64,000 nt of DNA from Antedon mediterranea (taxonomy: Eukaryota; Animalia; Echinodermata). Every line of letters begins with the position of its first letter. Position 1 is the first letter of the stretch. The notes beneath the pieces were generated by a model that was not told the DNA's origin, did no database searches, and was given only the letters and a program-made list of their open reading frames with translations. Below are positions 14,273 to 25,220 of this stretch, piece by piece. Position numbers and translations under genes: made by a program. The stretch spans positions 40,124,304 through 40,188,303 of the forward strand of contig NC_092671.1 in assembly GCF_964355755.1 (NCBI RefSeq), read 5' to 3'.

Positions 14273-14591
14273 TTAGATTTTAAACACTCATAATACAATG
14301 TTCTTCTTTATCAATTCCATTGCCCACGCGGCGCGCATTAGCATTGTTAATTTTATAGGGCGGCGTATTAGTGATAAATAAAAATTGAACAAACAAAAAT
14401 AATCGTAGGACTACTATCAGTGATTTACATTACATACGACATTGTATTCACCGGTTTGCAAATTCTGTTTTGAGAAATTCTGATACAATAATTCCGAGCG
14501 ACGCTTAATGCCCGAGGTAAGTATTGTGTATAACTTCTGCAGAATATATTTGCATATTTGCATATATTTTAACAGAGTATCATTGATTTCA

Positions 14592-14800
14592 ATCATTCAT
14601 TCATCAGTGAAAAATTACTTTTTACATTTATTGTCATTTGCATATAAAACAATGCATAGAAATTATGAGATATACAAAAACAGAAAAATGAAAAACTAAC
14701 AACAACAATTACAAAGTGTCACATCACTCTCATATGGTATACTGACAAGCATTTAGTGCCCAATGACGGTTGTGAAACATATTTGTACGAGGGATGATGG
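14592..14800 (-). mobile_element. Dispersed repeat, probable LINE 3' end; second copy at about 46395-46630
   Basis: Shares TCATTCATTCATCAGTG..CATTTATTGTCATT..CATAGAAATTATG..CAAAGTGTCRCATCACTCTC with 46395-46550; (TGAA)n tail on the minus strand. Confidence 0.5.
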
Positions 14801-15044
14801 ACCGGTAACGTCTACCGCTACGTAACACCTCAAATTTGATTGAATTGAATATAAAGCTTTACTTTTTGTAAAAGATCCATTTTGACACAAATAATTAAAA
14901 AGTTGACCAATATCTACACATTAAATAACCAAGAATAAAAGTGTTCATGTCCATGTGACGTCTAGACTAAACTCACTGTCAAGGCGATAATATCGACGTG
15001 AGAAATCGATCATAAAACAATAAAATAACCCTGTATAGCATACA

Positions 15045-15383
15045 TAGTTCGACACTTAAGTGATTCTTAGTCTTGCAATGAGGGCAGACAAATAAATAAA
15101 CCTGTGCGTTCATGGTTTGACACTAAGGCTATACGTTCACACTTACGCCATAGCTTACGCCGTACATGTGAACAGGCTCAGTGATTCTTGCGTTTACAAT
15201 GAGGCTAGACAGATAATAAATAAATTAACCTGTGCGTTCATGGTTTGACACTAAGGGTACGATTACACATACGCAATGGCTTACGCCGTACACGTGAACA
15301 GGCTCTTAGGTGATTCTTGCGTTTACAATGAGGCTAGACAGATAATAAATAAATAAACCTGTGCGTTCATGGTTCGACACTTT
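15045..15383. repeat. Tandem repeat of about 130 bp, about 2.5 copies, with an internal hairpin
   Basis: GTGATTCTTGCGTTTACAATGAGGCTAGACAGATAATAAATAAA..CCTGTGCGTTCATGGTTYGACACT is repeated. Confidence 0.85.
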
Positions 15384-15554
15384 TGGTAATTTGTTCATTA
15401 GATAAATCCTCTTGTAGAAGTATCTCCACCGTGACTGGTGCTTGACATTTACTGACCTGATTGATTTACTGTAGGCCTATCTAATATCTTATTCGATATA
15501 TTAAATATAAAAGATTTTTTTCTGTATAAACTATAGTGTGTGTGTGTGTGATAA

Positions 15555-15775
15555 AGCTGTCTACCTGATCAAACTTTATGTTACAAAAAAATGTGTCCAT
15601 AATTATATGGACATGATGATGTCATATCACTACCATATTTGAACATATCACTACCATATTGAACATATCACTACCATATTGAACATATCACTACCATATT
15701 GAACATATCACTACCATATTGAACATATCACTACCATATTTGAGCAAACTAGTTTGATATAGTGTAGACAGAGCT
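15555..15775. mobile_element. MITE family A copy 5 with an internal 20-bp tandem expansion
   Basis: TIRs with TAA/TTA flanks; GAACATATCACTACCATATT x5 at 15641-15740. Confidence 0.85.
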
Positions 15776-16044
15776 TTAGTGAAGATGTGTGTTGAGAGAT
15801 ACAAGCAACCCATACAACCCTTCCTATCCTAAAATATTATACCGATTCTTTCTTCTTTCGCTTTAATTAAAAATCAATCATACACATTTTAAGCTTTGTT
15901 GTTTCGTGTAAATTTATTCAATTCAATACGTATCAATATTCATTGGTATCAATCGATATTGATAAATAACTTTTAAAACAAAGTTTATTAACAATCGAAC
16001 CGCATTACTGTCTATCGTCTAGGCCTAGTACTGTGCCAATGTGT

Positions 16045-16488
16045 TTACTTCAGGTAGTACCTCCACATAACCAGGTTGGCAGGTGGTATACCAGTTTGCC
16101 GCTTCTTATGATCAGTTTGCCGCGAGAAGAAGAATCCGCACGTCGGCTTACCGAGCGTCGTAAAAGGAGCCACAGAATTTGACACAAACCCTCCTTTTGG
16201 TACTCTACCACTGCAGTTGTAAGCAACCTTTGGCGTCACTGGTGCTCCATGATCTGGTGTCGGTACTCCTCCTCGGTTCAGATGTCGAGAGTACTTGTTG
16301 TTTATCGGTGGCAGGCTGTTCTTTGCCGATGGTGGTGGCGCTGGTCTGCTGACGTACGAACACCAGAACGCTGGGTTCGGCAGGTTACCTTGGTAGTATT
16401 TCTCACCTACAGGTAGTTTTCCTACATCTCTCTTTGCCGTACCGCAATACTGGTAGTTTATTTGTCCTTGGTATCCTGAGTTAGGCAT
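16045..16488 (-). CDS. Uncharacterised 147-aa basic Pro/Gly/Tyr-rich protein, one coding exon (MPNSGYQGQINYQYCG...GIPPANLVMWRYYLK)
   Basis: GC-rich ORF in AT-rich DNA; pyrimidine tract and AG acceptor at 16507-16506 just upstream of the ATG at 16488; downstream AATAAA on the minus strand near 15985 and 15915. Confidence 0.8.
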   Translation of the reverse strand: MPNSGYQGQINYQYCGTAKRDVGKLPVGEKYYQGNLPNPAFWCSYVSRPAPPPSAKNSLPPINNKYSRHLNRGGVPTPDHGAPVTPKVAYNCSGRVPKGGFVSNSVAPFTTLGKPTCGFFFSRQTDHKKRQTGIPPANLVMWRYYLK

Positions 16489-17179
16489 GATCTTGATATC
16501 TACCACTTATTATAAAACGACAGAAGAAAACAGATAAAAGTTCAGCAAAGCTCGATTTATTGACTACAAAAATGTCAAATTAACTTCGTAGTTGTCAATT
16601 GTTTTGTGAAATGTATCCACTTCGATGTAACCCAAATTGTGTGATATAACCCCCCAAATAGCCAGGTAAATTCCGTAAAAAACGCAGCAAACTTCTGTCT
16701 CGTCTTGTTGATGTGTTCTGAAAACTATGGAGATTAAAGGTGTAGCGCGCCCTACTGTTAAAGGACCTGTTACGTCAGATCGATAAAGGTACAAATAGCA
16801 TCATGACATGACAATACAATTGACCACTAACACTAACAGTCAATCAAATAAGATTAACAAAGACACAAACAAAATAAAACGAAGTCCAAAAGGTCGATTA
16901 GGCTTTCATATAAACCATGTATATTTCTTTAATCGAAACTTGTTTTTTAGATTGTATTTTATTTTGTTGATCGATTCCTCGGTATAAGCTCTGAATTAGT
17001 AATTAAGTTTTTTAAATGCTCTCATTATTAGTTTAAAAACCTAAAAATAGATATAATAAACGTTATTATGATAATTGTGACTATACTAAGTATCATCTAA
17101 GACGTTTGTATAACATTTTACACGTACTTAATTTATAATATTATATACCGTTGTTCGATTCTTCGCGTCATAATTCATC

Positions 17180-17232
17180 GTTGTTCTAGTAACTGCTGTC
17201 CAAACGCGCGCGTAATGTGTTGCTATGGATAG
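17180..17232. promoter_or_regulatory. Two RFX X-box-like motifs in a divergent promoter
   Basis: GTTGTTCTAGTAAC (17180-17193) and GTTGCTATGGATAG (17219-17232) in a CpG-rich segment between the head-to-head genes. Confidence 0.6.
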
Positions 17233-17375
17233 ATATCGTTAGGAAAAGGCCACAATCTCGCATTCTCTGTCATTTCTGCCAACTAACATCAACCATCAGA
17301 TAGGACGTGGCTAAATTGTTGGTCAGGTTTGTTTATTTGGCCTAGGCCTAACAGCCGTATTTGAACATCACGGTC

Positions 17376-17509
17376 ATGGCAGCCGGAACTGAAGTGGACT
17401 CGGCGGTAGGGACGTCGTATGCCATCGTTAAAGTCTCACCGACAGTGCTTTCCAGTGACCTGTTTACACCATGCCAGCTAACTCCACGAGCCACTTTACC
17501 GAGCGTGGG
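17376..17509 (+). CDS. SPMIP4-like coding exon 1 (MAAGTEVDSAVG...LPSV)
   Basis: ATG, open frame, GTAAGT donor at 17510, phase 2. Confidence 0.75.
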
Positions 17510-20500
17510 GTAAGTTTTTTTTTTTTTTTTTATAGATACAGTATATTTTTTTTCTTGAAATCGATAGGTTTTGATTTATCGAAATCGAAAGGTGCAATTT
17601 GAAACTCGAACTTGAAAATGATTAAGTCACTGGGTTAGGCCCTGAAATAGGCTTAAAATATAGGCCTAATCATTATTTTTTTGTTAATGTTATTAATCGT
17701 GCATTCAAAATTTAGTGTGTTTTTTATTTCATTCTTAGAGAGTTCCATCATCCGATATGTACAAGTTGCGGCACGTGGGGTTGTGACATCACTCACTATG
17801 GTGGTATTGGTCCGTATACCTTCCAGGGGAAACAGAGGATACGTCGAGATCTACCAGTTAGCCGTAGCCATCGGCATTATGGTAGTGGTCTAGGAAAAAG
17901 GTAAAGCTCTGTCTACAATACTGTATCAAACTTTATGTGATGTGATGTGCCAAAATATGGAAGTGATATGCACAAATATGGTAGTACTGTACTATGACAT
18001 CATCGTATCCATGGGCACATCACCTTTTTTCACATAACGTTTGATAGTGTAGCTTTACATTTAAAATAGTATTTTAGTGAAAGTTGTTTTGGCATTCAAC
18101 TATATGTGCACAGCCAGACGATGATACGATACGAAAGTTGTTCCATCAATTCATCTGTTGGTCATGTTCTCACCATCCTTAACTTTCTTTTTCAAGTTTT
18201 TGCAGAATAAATTAGAATCCAAGATTAGATAAGCTCTATGATCATCAGCAACCATTACTGTACATACATTATACCGTTAGATACAGTTATACATGGTTTC
18301 ACAAAATGTTTCAAATCGTTTTAAAATTACGACAGGAAGGACCTACTTTTCTCTCACTTTATTGGCAATATACTCTCTCGCGAAAGTGGAACATTATCCA
18401 CTGAATATTCGTGGCTGCTGCATGTTTCGTGGGTTTATATATGTAGAACTGAACCTACTTCTTGATATTGACTTTTGAGTTTCTTACATTGTAAAACATA
18501 ATTTTGGTCCTTTTTAATCATAGTTTATAAAAAAGTAGGTGAGGGCCAGATAACTTTCGAAATTCTACGAACTCGTTGAAATAAAAGCAAATTGATAACA
18601 GATTATGAGACGTGAATGGAATTTTAAAATACAGGCAATTAACAAGCGATCATCAACATCCAGTAATGAATGTTTATTTCGTTAAAAATAACTTCTGCAA
18701 ATACCAACATAAAATGATTTCATTGTTAATCACCAGAAGAAGTCACTTCTATGTCTACTTAAAATGTTTTCATTATTATATGACTTTATGCTCGAGTGAA
18801 AATTTCAATGAAATATTCATCTTGGGAAATATAAAAACATGACCGATTTCGTGAATGTCAAGTCTGATATTACGACTTAAGTCTGATATTACGAGCTCTG
18901 TCTACACTATCAAAAATGTGATGTGATATGCCCAAATATGGTACCGATATGCCCAAATATGGTTATGATATGACTTTTTTTTTCTCTTTTGTGGCGTGAA
19001 CCACCACCTTTATTCTTTCATATCATAATTAAATACATTACAAATAAATCAGTAATATCTGTCTTCATATGTTCTTTCTTTAATTATATTGTTTTCCGTT
19101 AATATTCTACATTTTTCTTTATATTTTTCTGCTCAAAAAAAAAAAAAAAATCAGTAATTTTTGTAAATTTTTGTTTTTCACATATTGTTTCCAATATTAT
19201 CCTCCTGTTTTCATGGTTTTCTTATATTTATTCACATTGTACACAGACACCCACAAATACATATATATATATATACATACCGTATTGTTTCATACCCTGT
19301 TAATTCATACCCATTTATATACATCTTATAGACATTATATACACAGATATAAAACAGCGTTTTAAAAAAAAATACATCATTCAAGATATATATAATTTTC
19401 ATAAAAATTAATTAGGTACCGGTAACTCATTTAACATTATATGAGCGTTAGTTTGTTCAGATCCTTAACAATAGACTTAAATGATATGACTTCATCGTGC
19501 CAATAGTTTCTGTGTACAATTGATCTCCTATAACAAGATCTCCCTTCATTTCTCCCTGTGTCTCTTAAATTTACCCTTTTCAACAAGTATTGCATGTGGG
19601 GAACCCCATCTATTTGTTTGCTGTTAGTTCATTGGACGTTTTATTTGTCTAAGACTAAATCGTACACATTTTACATTTCAAAGTATAAATCTAAAGATTT
19701 ACTTTGCAGTGTCTGAATCGTGACAAGAATCGATCGGTACTCGATGACGATCATCGATTTACTGAAAGCTTTGCATTATAGTTCACCATCGCTCGGTCAA
19801 TTTATTCATATTGTATTTGTAGTTAAAACGACATCTTTCTGGAAATTGATTTTATATAATTTATCAACATTGATTGATACATTCAATATAAAACGTGCAA
19901 AAAATGGAATTAAATTTATTTTTCTAATTTTTGAACCAAGCTCACTCTCTTTTCTTTGCTGGCCTTATTAAATCCTCTATCTCTTTATTTCATTCAAATG
20001 TCGACATTGTCTTCCATTGTGTGAATACAGTAATCTGTCTGACAAAGGAGTCCCTGGTCCGCCAACTATCTGAATTTGAAACATATATGTAGCCAGGCTT
20101 TATATACTATATTAATATCGTTTTTATAGTTCAACTATAGCCCACAGCCACCATATCGTCTGACACGGGAGACCCTGGTCCGCCGACGACTTTCTGAATA
20201 GTGAAACAGGGAAGTGTGTTTCGCTCTTCCCTGTTGAAACTTATATATATTTAGCCAGGCTTTATATACTATTTATTTTAATATCGTTTTAATAGTTCAA
20301 CTAGCCCACAGCCATATCGTCTGACGTCACTGAAGCTGAGTGGAAGTCGCAAGAATGATGAGATGTGAGTCGTTTTATACATTTTGTTTTTGTTTATCAT
20401 CATTTCTTCGTGGTTAATCACAACGAAGCTCTTTTTTTGTGTAATCTACCACTTTTATTCATTCATCATAATTATTACAAATACATATTTTTCACATAAT

Positions 20501-23500
20501 ACTCCTTTTTCTCATTATTTCTTGGTGCATTATCCCTTGAACAACGAGGAACCACCATATACTTTCGATAACGAGACAGCGACAATAGTGAAATATGGCC
20601 TTTCATTGTTGAATTGTATACGTAATTTCAACTGTGAAAAATGATGAAAATGATTAATAATAATGAATATAAAAATAAGCTACTCAGGCATCAAGTCGCC
20701 AATAGATTCTATTAATAAAAGAGTGTATGCAAGGTATTAAAAAAAAACCTTACAGACAAATTATTCTTTCATTTGTTTTTTTTTTCGATCTAATTTGTGA
20801 TTACTCAAATAAAATAACCAATACACTGGCAAACAGTATTCAACACATTATACCCCCACTCCCTCCTTTCTATTTAAAATGATTTCTTATGTTTTCTGTT
20901 TTTTTGGGACGAGAGGAGTTGTCTCATAATGGAATCAATCTAAGTTAAATTGCCTTGCTATAATTAACTCATTTTTATTTTTTTACCTCATGCTGAGTGC
21001 TAATATATTTCAGATTTTGAATTAAAATCTAGCTTATCAATTATTACGGTAATATTTCATTTTATGACAGTAGTTGCTTTATTTCGTTATTTTTAGATTG
21101 CCACCTCCGATGCGAGTGACTTTCCCCAGGTGAGAAATTGGTTTGCGTCTCGTCAACATTCGTCACTATATTACCAACAGTGATCTGTCATCTTTCCTCT
21201 CTCGTCGTGTTTCGTAAATCTCTATTTTTACAGAACGACAGGGACGGACATTTTTCGGCGCACCGTTTCCCGATCGAGATGCTGTCCATACATTACCGCT
21301 GTGAATCACTGTATCACAATGATAATCATTATTCATAACTTGTCTTTGTCATATATAACAACATCATCATCATCGATCAATAACCATCCATATAATCATC
21401 ATCCATAATGGTCTTCGGTATCGTTATGTCAATTTAAAGTATGGTTATTGTGGATTGATGGATTGTTGTTCCACGAAAACATGACAAATAAAATCAGGCC
21501 ATTTTGCAGTTTTATTAAAGTTATTCACTTCTGTAGAAAAAAACAAGATTTTCAAAAAGGCAAATTGTGCTTTAAATTTCTTTTTCGATCCAATTTTTTA
21601 TTTACTTAAAGTAAATAACTATATTATTAAAATGGAAGACGATAGGCTATTCAACAAAATTTCACGGGACAATATTTGATAATTTTTTGTATCGTTGCAG
21701 ATCGTCAACTTGGCAGAATGAGCCATGGCCAGGACACCATGCCTACACGTCACATCGTTCCAAGTTCGAGGTTTTTCCCAGAATTGATCCTCAACAAACA
21801 GAATATGGCGGTACGCTTTCTATAAGTTTTCAAAATCATCGTAATAGTGAGGGCGCTGCTCAGATTTTATTTCTGAATAGAGCTGACTTTCGATTTTTTT
21901 AATTTTCAGGTCCTGTTTTACCACAAAGCCGAACCGAACAGGTGGGTATATGAATATCGGTAATTGATATTTATCAATAGAAAGATACTCAATATTTAAT
22001 TGACGCTTAAGGATGCATTTTGAACACCGAATCGTCAGTAACATCAAAATATTTTATCGTCGATAACTAACCAACGAAGTTATGTCTTTTCGTGCTTTCG
22101 CTTACGAAATGCACGCGGTTAGTTTTGAAACTAGTAAAACTTGTTAAGTGCTGAAAATAACTTAATGTCTTATCTTTTGCTGCATTATAATTTACAAAAA
22201 TTAGATTAGAGTCCTGATTCACCTATGATACTCTTTTTCATACCTAAAATGTCAATCGTCATTATGTGTGTATATTTATCTAGGAACTGGGACGAGCAAC
22301 CAACATCGCCCTGGGTGAGCTAACTCGTAAACGGTACCAGTCGACACAATACAGAGAGGGGTTCCAAGGTACCTCAACACCGCCTCCGACATTTAACCAA
22401 CTTCTCGACCAAACCAAAATCAGTGATGCTAACTATCCTGCGAGTACTACTGGAATCACAGAGCATCAAGAGTCGGATGAGTTAGACTCTTCCGAGGAAG
22501 AAGACGTGGATGACGAAGAGAAAGAAAACGAAAACGATTCCGGTATCGGTAGTGAGAACGGAAGTGTGACGTCACTAAACGTACCATCAGATTCAATTGG
22601 CAGTGGACATTCGGACAATTGCCCATTACATCAACCGAACCTGCGCCGCGTTACATTTTGTGACAAATCAAAAACGGTTGAAGATTCGACGATTGTTGAA
22701 AGCAGTGGTGAGAAACAACTTGAGACTGTTACAGGAATTGGACCTTGTTGGCCGCCGAGTACAAGTTACGTCATTGAAAACATCAATGGTACGCAGCTGC
22801 TAGAGCGTGATGACATTCAGACGTACCCACCCGCGTATCGTAGCTCATTAAAGCCTGAATGTACCTGCAAAAAGACGAGATTAACATCTGCAACCGGGCG
22901 ATCGACAACTCATTCGTATGGTCTTAAGTCTTCTGGCAGCGTGTTCAATCATGTTTTGACGACATCGAAAGATCAGCATAAAGACCAACTCAACCCTATC
23001 ACCCACCGTCTTATTGACTACCCTACACGGCCTAGGTCACCATTAGTCAAAAAAGATAGTAAGATTGTATCTAGCGAAGTTATGCTGAAGAAGCTTGGAG
23101 TCGCTAACAACCCATCGAAAGAAGACATTACTATTGACAAACGGCCATTTGTGATTCCTAGGAGTTACAGCAAGGCTGGTAATAAGGAGAACTTACCAGC
23201 ACTGAAGCCAACCAACTCGTCTTTAAAGGTTTTGACCAAACCAAACTGGTCATCTTTACCGTTGCCACCAGCACCTTTATCGGATTGCTTATCGGCATCA
23301 GGAAATCGGGTTCCTCACCGACTTGGTCTTCGCTTTAAAACGGAAGCGCACCACAGGTATAAATATATCGACTAAGAATCTGTGTTTTGTACATTTTCTC
23401 TGTCGGTGGCTTGCTTGTCCCCAACGTCACATGCATATACACACAATATTGTATTATTAAACATTTCTATTTGTAGTAGAATTCATTGACTTCCATGATC

Positions 23501-23663
23501 TACCACCCTGAGGTGTTTATTCGAATAAATGCGCTATTTTACGTTTTTATTTTGCAGGTTTATATCTCTCCATCCAGAGCCTGTTCCCGATCTGCGTGAC
23601 GCCCGCAACAGTGGAAGAAGGGTCATCTTCTTCAACTACCACTCGTCCGCGTTCAGAGGATAA
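17376..23663 (+). CDS. SPMIP4: SPMIP4/C7orf31-like protein (putative sperm/ciliary microtubule inner protein), about 572 aa, 8 coding exons
   Basis: Phase-consistent GT-AG model: 17376-17509, 17739-17900, 20296-20364, 21097-21129, 21701-21810, 21910-21941, 22284-23356, 23558-23663 (1719 nt, open, ends TAA); AATAAA at 23792. Motifs WGxxxxYGGIGP, HxYxSHxSKFxVFP and C-terminal AHxRF..PDLRD...GRRxxF..YHS recall C7orf31 from memory. The structure is firmer than the name; it could be a paralogue. Confidence 0.65.
17739..17900 (+). CDS. SPMIP4-like exon 2 (EFHHPICTSCGTWGCDITHYGGIGP...)
   Basis: TTCTTAG acceptor, 162 nt open, GTAAAG donor. Confidence 0.8.
17905..18054. mobile_element. MITE family A copy 6, abutting the exon 2 splice donor
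   Basis: TIR begins at intron position +5; TAA/TTA flanks. Confidence 0.8.
18894..19505. mobile_element. MITE family A copy 7, split by a retro-insertion
   Basis: Left TIR and core at 18894-18976; core resumes at 19481. Confidence 0.7.
18977..19480 (-). mobile_element. Poly(A)-tailed retro-insertion (5'-truncated LINE 3' UTR or processed transcript)
   Basis: 12-bp direct repeat ATGATATGACTT at 18965-18976 and 19481-19492; T-tract at the left end; minus-strand AATAAA at about 19009-19014. Confidence 0.7.
20037..20325 (+). repeat. Tandem duplication that includes the exon 3 acceptor
   Basis: CCCTGGTCCGCC..TAGCCAGGCTTTATATACTAT..TAGTTCAACTA..GCCCACAGCCA..ATATCGTCTGAC occurs twice. Confidence 0.8.
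20296..20364 (+). CDS. SPMIP4-like exon 3 (STSPQPYRLTSLKLSGSRKNDE)
   Basis: AATAG acceptor, GTGAGT donor, 69 nt, phase 2-2. Confidence 0.6.
21097..21129 (+). CDS. SPMIP4-like exon 4 (LPPPMRVTFP)
   Basis: TTTTAG acceptor, GTGAGA donor, 33 nt. Confidence 0.65.
21701..21810 (+). CDS. SPMIP4-like exon 5 (SSTWQNEPWPGHHAYTSHRSKFEVFPRIDPQQTEYG)
   Basis: TTGCAG acceptor, GTACGC donor, open frame. Confidence 0.8.
21910..21941 (+). CDS. SPMIP4-like exon 6 (PVLPQSRTEQ)
   Basis: TTTTCAG acceptor, GTGGGT donor; bridges phase 1 to phase 0 as the model requires. Confidence 0.7.
22284..23356 (+). CDS. SPMIP4-like exon 7 (large, acidic/Ser-rich, low complexity)
   Basis: TCTAG acceptor, 1073 nt open (contains the 22506 ORF), GTATAA donor. 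Confidence 0.85.
23558..23663 (+). CDS. SPMIP4-like last exon (FISLHPEPVPDLRDARNSGRRVIFFNYHSSAFRG*)
   Basis: TTTGCAG acceptor, in-frame TAA, AATAAA at 23792. Confidence 0.8.
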
Positions 23664-24139
23664 CGACAACGATAACGATACTTCGCATCACAGATATTAA
23701 AGATGCGCTATAAAAACCAATATCGTTTATACGTTGATGATTATAATTAAGTTGATCATAGAAATCGTGTTGGTGGCTATGTCCTGAAAATAATAAAGTG
23801 TAATACTCTCATTGTGGTTTTTTGTGTGTGCGCAGTATTTTGATTGAGGGTTTTAATTCGAATCTTGTGCTTTTGAGTCATACTCGGACAATTTCAACCC
23901 TTTGATATCAAAATTAAGTTTCAGGTGGGCCCCCTAATGTAACTATTGCATATAACAATGGCAATGCAATTCTGTCTTTTACTTTTTTTTCCTCATTGCA
24001 AAACATATATTATTGAAATTTATAAAAGGGCAAGACAAATGAATAAATATGTTCAATGTAATAACGGCATCTCTCGGTGCTTATTCCTCTTGTGTTCATC
24101 ATGTACAATTTTTATATATCGCCATCTATGAGTTTAACC

Positions 24140-24292
24140 ATCCAACCAATAGACGGCGCTCTTCTAAAATGGATTGAGTTGTTTGGTGGGCAAAACAAAA
24201 AAAACCCTATACTTAGCTATGTTGGTAATAAACTTAGCTTACAATAAACTAAAACATCTCTAAAATTCTGGATTTTTGTTTGTCAGGTAAGT
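24140..24292 (+). promoter_or_regulatory. Candidate distal promoter and non-coding first exon of SHANK
   Basis: CCAAT at about 24146, CpG-containing segment, strong CAG|GTAAGT donor at 24287; the link to SHANK is inferred. Confidence 0.4.
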
Positions 24293-25042
24293 ACTTATTT
24301 TATCAACTTATAAAATATTTATCAAATTTAAATAATAACGATATGGTTTTATTCGTTGGAATGAAGAAATTCCATTTTTTCCCGAAGCGTTTGTGTGATG
24401 ACCGTTGTACGTCTGAGCCGATTACACGGTGGTGGTATTGATATTTAAGCCTCCCTTGTGTCTTCTCTAATCTCCTGTTTTACCTTTGTGTGAAGAAAGG
24501 TGGGCAACTGGAGGAATTCCAGTGTATTTTCGTTTATTTCAGCCCATATCATAAAGCTTAATATTAAAAAAATAAATAAAATATATTATTTATTCTATAA
24601 CATTCAATTATTCATTTCCAGCCGTAAAGACTAAGTAATAAAGATAATTAATTAATTAAACAATTGTCTGTCTACTTTTAGTTGTGTTGTAGTTAGGCCT
24701 AAACAGATTGAAGGGGAAGGAGGGGGTGGGGAACAAGTTGTAAAGAGGTCCTTATCAGGATCCTTAAGTAGGCTGTAATGTCCATAATACTATGGAAATT
24801 TGGCTCGAAAAGGACTTGAGAAATTGAGATAAATAGGCATACTACAGAAATACTGTTATACCAGCTTAAATAATGAGAAAATACAGTCAAAATGCTATAA
24901 TTATGGACAAATTAAAATGTCACAATTAAAAGCCCTGCTTGTGGGGGTTCCCCCGACACAAAAGTTTGGTGGCCTTTTCATATCACACACCAAGCAGGGA
25001 GTTGCAACTCCCTGCACCAAGCAACTAAAACACTGTAAAATC

Positions 25043-25220
25043 GGTAAATTATTCTGTTTGGTGTTGCTTTATCCAGTTCTCGTGGATGAGCCTACTGTAT
25101 GCCAAAGGCCCAAGTTGCACCATTTGAAGGTAAATTATTCTGTTTGGTGTTGCTTTATCCAGTTCTCGTGGATGAGCCTACTGTATGCCAAAGGCCCAAG
25201 TTGCACCATTTGAAGGTAAA
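25043..25220. repeat. 86-bp tandem duplication
   Basis: Identical units start at 25043 and 25129. Confidence 0.9.

Noticed and set aside
19710-19800. Possible additional SPMIP4-like exon after TTTGCAG
   Set aside because: It hits an immediate TGA in the required phase 2 and has no strong donor.
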